From Bdellovibrionota bacterium (GTDB lineage: Bacteria > Bdellovibrionota_C > UBA2361 > OMII01), in NCBI GenBank assembly GCA_044345405.1, contig JBIJBE010000002.1, positions 107,600-171,599 on the forward strand: DNA of 64,000 nucleotides, in the 5' to 3' direction. The position numbers and the translations under genes were made by a program. Shown here piece after piece: positions 60,382 through 64,000 of the stretch (its first letter is position 1; each line of letters starts with the position of its first letter). The notes below the pieces were generated by a model, which was given only the letters and a program-made list of their open reading frames with translations, ran no database searches and had not been told where the DNA came from.

Positions 60382-61500
60382 ATGTCACATTCCCCGACGG
60401 TGTCCATCATCATTCCCGTCTTTAATCAGTGGGGGTACACGAACGCCTGCCTCGACGCGCTGGCGTCCACGGTCCCCCAAACACTTCCCCACGAAATAAT
60501 AATCGTCGACAACGCGTCCTCTGACGAAACCACCGCGGGCCTCTCGTCATGGCAGGCGAAGTTACCCTCGTTACGGGTGGAACGGTTTGAAACCAACACG
60601 GGATTCTCTCCTGCCTGCAATCGAGGGGCGGAGATAAGCCGGGGAACCTATCTGGTGTTTCTCAACAACGACACCGTTCCTCTCGCCGGATGGCTCCCTC
60701 CTCTCCTGCGGGAGCTCGAACAACCCGATGTCGGGATGGTGGGCCCAAAGCTAGTATCAAGCGATACCTTTTCGATTAACCACGCCGGATACGTCTTCGG
60801 CGCCGGGGCCTTCTACGGGATTTATCAGGACCGCCCCTCAAACCTCCCCGGGGCGAATAAAAAGCGCGATTACCAGGCGCTTCTTGGGGCATGCATCGTC
60901 CTTCGCCGAGATCTCTTTAATTCCCTCGGAGCCTTTTCCCTCTTGGGGCTCGAGGATATCGACCTGTGCCTCAAAGTTAAGACCCACGGCTTGAAGAATC
61001 GCTACGTGCCAGAATCGGTCGTGATCCATCACGGCTCGGTGACCCTGAACAATAGCGAACCCGGCTCATTTCCCATTACTGAAACAGCGGACTTCGGACA
61101 ACGGTGGTCCACGGAACACGTGGCGTGGGATGACTACCTCTTTTACCTCGCCGATGGACAATGGCCTGAACCGCAAGCCGTTCCGGGTAAAAGCGCGCAA
61201 CAGGTCGCTAAAGAGTCTATCGATACCTTGATCGAGGGGTATGTAGCTCTCCATACGCAAAGACCCCGAGACGCTCTCGCCAAAGCGGAGCAAGCTCTGA
61301 AGATCTGGCCACATAATCCGATGGCGTATCTCCTGCTGTGCTCTCTCCTCCTTGACGACGGACGAACAAACGACGCCATCAGGGAGCTAACTCGCATCAG
61401 GGATTTCTCGTTCTATCCGGGCCTCCTGGCCCACCTCCTGCCAATCGTGTCGCAGGTGTTGCCGCCGGAGATCGTCCGACTGATCGCGCTACAGACCTAA
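60382..61500 (+). CDS. GT2 glycosyltransferase with C-terminal TPR
   Basis: SIIIPVFN, VDNASSD, FLNND, EDIDLC. Confidence 0.88.
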   Translation: MSHSPTVSIIIPVFNQWGYTNACLDALASTVPQTLPHEIIIVDNASSDETTAGLSSWQAKLPSLRVERFETNTGFSPACNRGAEISRGTYLVFLNNDTVPLAGWLPPLLRELEQPDVGMVGPKLVSSDTFSINHAGYVFGAGAFYGIYQDRPSNLPGANKKRDYQALLGACIVLRRDLFNSLGAFSLLGLEDIDLCLKVKTHGLKNRYVPESVVIHHGSVTLNNSEPGSFPITETADFGQRWSTEHVAWDDYLFYLADGQWPEPQAVPGKSAQQVAKESIDTLIEGYVALHTQRPRDALAKAEQALKIWPHNPMAYLLLCSLLLDDGRTNDAIRELTRIRDFSFYPGLLAHLLPIVSQVLPPEIVRLIALQT

Positions 61501-61583
61501 GAGGTTTGTCGGTACAAGGGTATCGAGCGAACAACCGCTCCGAGAATGCTCAAAAGCACCGCTCCCTGACGAAAGAGGCGCGA

Positions 61584-62225
61584 CTACGCAATCGCGACGA
61601 TCGAGATATGAACGTACACAGCCCCTTGAGCAACCGAACGCTCAATGCGGGCCCACGCCATCGAGGAGGACCCATTCGACGCGGTAACCACCTTGTAGAA
61701 TCGGTCCGGTAGAAGTTTAGTCGCTTCTCGAACACGAGCGAAGCCTACCTCATGCAGGGCGACCGCGGCCTCCCTCTCATTTTTAAAAACAACGAGAGCT
61801 TCAGAGCCCTCTGAAACTCGATACTCACTCGCGGTTACCGAGATCGCTTTGCGCTCAAGAATACCCCTCTGACAATTCGTTAACGCGAGCATCTGTGCCG
61901 TAACCGCGATACCGTTACCGGAAATTCGAACCGAGGTGGCATCACTAGATGGCACATCCCCGCGTAGTAAGGGCGATGATGGCGCATAGGAAATAACATC
62001 GTCGTTAGCGACAGCGCCTCCACAAAGAGCCACGTGTGACGCGCGGGCCTCACGAACCATCTCCGTCACTTTGAGCTTCACCTGAAGCCCCGTCGCTTGA
62101 ACTTGTCGCGCCACCGCCATACTAATAATCCATGGAAGAACTACACCCACTCCAAGGGACGTTCGAGCCCCTCCTGAGGACACCAAGGTAAGACGAGGTT
62201 GCCCGTTACTCAAATAGCGGAGCAT
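61584..62225 (-). CDS. Hypothetical protein
   Basis: 213-aa ORF, no motif recognised. Confidence 0.35.
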   Translation of the reverse strand: MLRYLSNGQPRLTLVSSGGARTSLGVGVVLPWIISMAVARQVQATGLQVKLKVTEMVREARASHVALCGGAVANDDVISYAPSSPLLRGDVPSSDATSVRISGNGIAVTAQMLALTNCQRGILERKAISVTASEYRVSEGSEALVVFKNEREAAVALHEVGFARVREATKLLPDRFYKVVTASNGSSSMAWARIERSVAQGAVYVHISIVAIA

Positions 62226-62607
62226 CGATTCGTCAGATTAACCCTAGGAAGAACTGATCCCAACAAGGGGTGATAGGATCCGGGCTTGAGCCCCCTCGCT
62301 CCGTTGGCGGGGTAGGCAGGTGCCTCCAATCGGGTCACACCGCGACCCACTATCCCGCGGCTCTGCCTCAGGAGCGGGAAAGCACCCCTACCATCGACCG
62401 GCGAGATGACGGTTCCCACAGTTGTGGAGATACCACTGACGCTGACAGCAGATGTGCTACACACCATTATCCGTCTATATGAGCGCTTATATACTAACTA
62501 TGAAAGCGTATCTATTTGACATTTCGGCTCCCTCTGGTACTTTTTTTGGGCTCCGATGGCGACCTCACGTGAACTCAATTGCGTGATGAGATACCCAACA
62601 CACACCC

Positions 62608-63570
62608 ATGGAACAAAACATGAAGGACGCGCGTGACACGAGACACCCTTCTGCCGAGGTTAGGACGAAACTCTCCTCCAACTCGGAGTTCGTCCCCCCG
62701 TTGACCTTTCCCGCTCGTGATGTGGTCATCGAGGCTGCTCGGGTTTTCGCGACGAATCCGTTCGGGTTTGAGCCAAAGTCCCGTTTTTGGCGGGAGATCG
62801 GAGCCACCTGCGGCGTTGAGGTTCGGCAGTCGATCCTTCGAAATAGTTTGCACAGTGGTCTTCTCTTACCACCCGGGGACCTTTTCGGCGCGCCTCACGG
62901 CTATCTTCCCGGACCGGCGGCCTTCGCGCGTGAGGCGAGCATCGCTTCCATCCCTGGACTTCCCGACCGACCGAGCGCGGAGGAGATCCTACACAACGCC
63001 CGTGCTCGAACGCTCTCACGGGTTGTCCAGCTCATCACGGAAAATGGGCAACCTTCCGCCTCTGATGTCGCGACGGCGCTCAATCTGCCACCCGGCACAG
63101 CGGACAAGGTTGTCGCCTCGCTTCAACAGGAGGGCTTTCTATCCCTACACCAATCGAGACTCCTACCCACGGATAAGATGGAGTATTTTCTCGGCCAACC
63201 TGGACTTGTCGAACGAATCAAGTCCCGCGCACCGAGCGCCGAATCGGGTCGCGCTTCCAGCTACCACACAAAGAGAGCGGAAGCGGAAAAGGTATTTCAA
63301 ACTGTCAGAGACCCTCTCCTGAGGCTTGTTTCTGATCGACCCGGTTCAACGGCTCACGAGCTCTTCGCGATGACACCCACTATCGGCGACTGGATGCCTG
63401 CGGAGACCTCAAAGGCCCAGTTCATCCGTTGGCTCGATAAGCTTGTAGAGCAATCGGCCCTCGTTGCGCAGAGGCAACGACAAGGGCCCGTCCGCATAGT
63501 GCAGCTCTATTATATCGCCGGGGGACACGAGAAGGTTCCGGGGTCTGGGGAGACATCGCCGTGTAGGTGA
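62608..63570 (+). CDS. Hypothetical protein with winged-helix-like segments
   Basis: SASDVATALNLPPGTADKVVASLQQEGFL; STAHELF...WLDKLVEQSAL. Confidence 0.6.
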   Translation: MEQNMKDARDTRHPSAEVRTKLSSNSEFVPPLTFPARDVVIEAARVFATNPFGFEPKSRFWREIGATCGVEVRQSILRNSLHSGLLLPPGDLFGAPHGYLPGPAAFAREASIASIPGLPDRPSAEEILHNARARTLSRVVQLITENGQPSASDVATALNLPPGTADKVVASLQQEGFLSLHQSRLLPTDKMEYFLGQPGLVERIKSRAPSAESGRASSYHTKRAEAEKVFQTVRDPLLRLVSDRPGSTAHELFAMTPTIGDWMPAETSKAQFIRWLDKLVEQSALVAQRQRQGPVRIVQLYYIAGGHEKVPGSGETSPCR

Positions 63571-63634
63571 CGATGCCCCATAGAGGCTACGGCAGCCAAA
63601 CCGCACCCACGAAGAGCGAGGAATGCCGCGCCCT

Positions 63635-64000
63635 CTAGCGAGTCCAATCCGGATTGCGCTCCGCGCCCCAAAACGAACTCTCAACGAAGAGGCGCTCCAC
63701 AACGTCGGGAGTTAGGAGGGCAAAGATCCCCTGATTGAGCGCTTGTCGCGCCCCTATCTCCCGCTCGAGCGGCTCACGGTCATACGTGAACTGAACGGGC
63801 TCGCCCGAATTAGCGTTGAGAACGAAGAGCCTGTCGGTGTTAGGGTCGTTCAACTCCGTGCTCGTGAACATCAGGAAATTTCCACACGGAGACCAACACA
63901 CAGCGCGATCCGCGCGGTGATCCTCGGTGAGCTGGACTAAGTGAGTGCCGTCGCGATTGGATACGTAAACGTCCCCATCATCTTGAAACGCCTTCATCAG
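63635..64000 (-). CDS. TolB-like/PD40 protein (partial, 5' end beyond window)
   Basis: VYVSNRDGTHLVQLT, WSPCGNFLMF. Confidence 0.7.
   Translation of the reverse strand: MMKAFQDDGDVYVSNRDGTHLVQLTEDHRADRAVCWSPCGNFLMFTSTELNDPNTDRLFVLNANSGEPVQFTYDREPLEREIGARQALNQGIFALLTPDVVERLFVESSFWGAERNPDWTR

Overview
Bacterial chromosomal window of moderately high GC; the gene content suggests a deltaproteobacterial/Bdellovibrionota-like lineage (inference only). The core backbone carries purQ-purS-purB, liuB/liuD-type acyl-CoA carboxylase, secG + tRNA-Leu, mrp, purN, carD-ispD-ispF, pyrD, rimI, rpmI-rplT + tRNA-Val, ctpA and xylB/xylA. An ORFan-rich accessory stretch follows from ~44 to 64 kb. The most striking structure is a ~10 kb island (~9.3-19.4 kb) bounded by an exact 57-bp direct repeat inside a small hypothetical gene. 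The island supplies a synonymously recoded replacement 3' end of that gene and a decayed copy of the neighbouring liuD 3' end, and no integrase is visible. Its cargo is a thrice-repeated promoter/leader-csrA module (one intact csrA, two degenerate) interleaved with two large secreted repeat proteins and a tandem Lrp regulator. Also notable: the tRNA-Leu behind secG has an AAG (A34) anticodon, there is an ACGT-periodic tandem repeat, CarD has a long basic N-terminal extension, and there is a GT39 mannosyltransferase-NPCBM fusion. All calls come from reading motifs by eye; no database searches were run.
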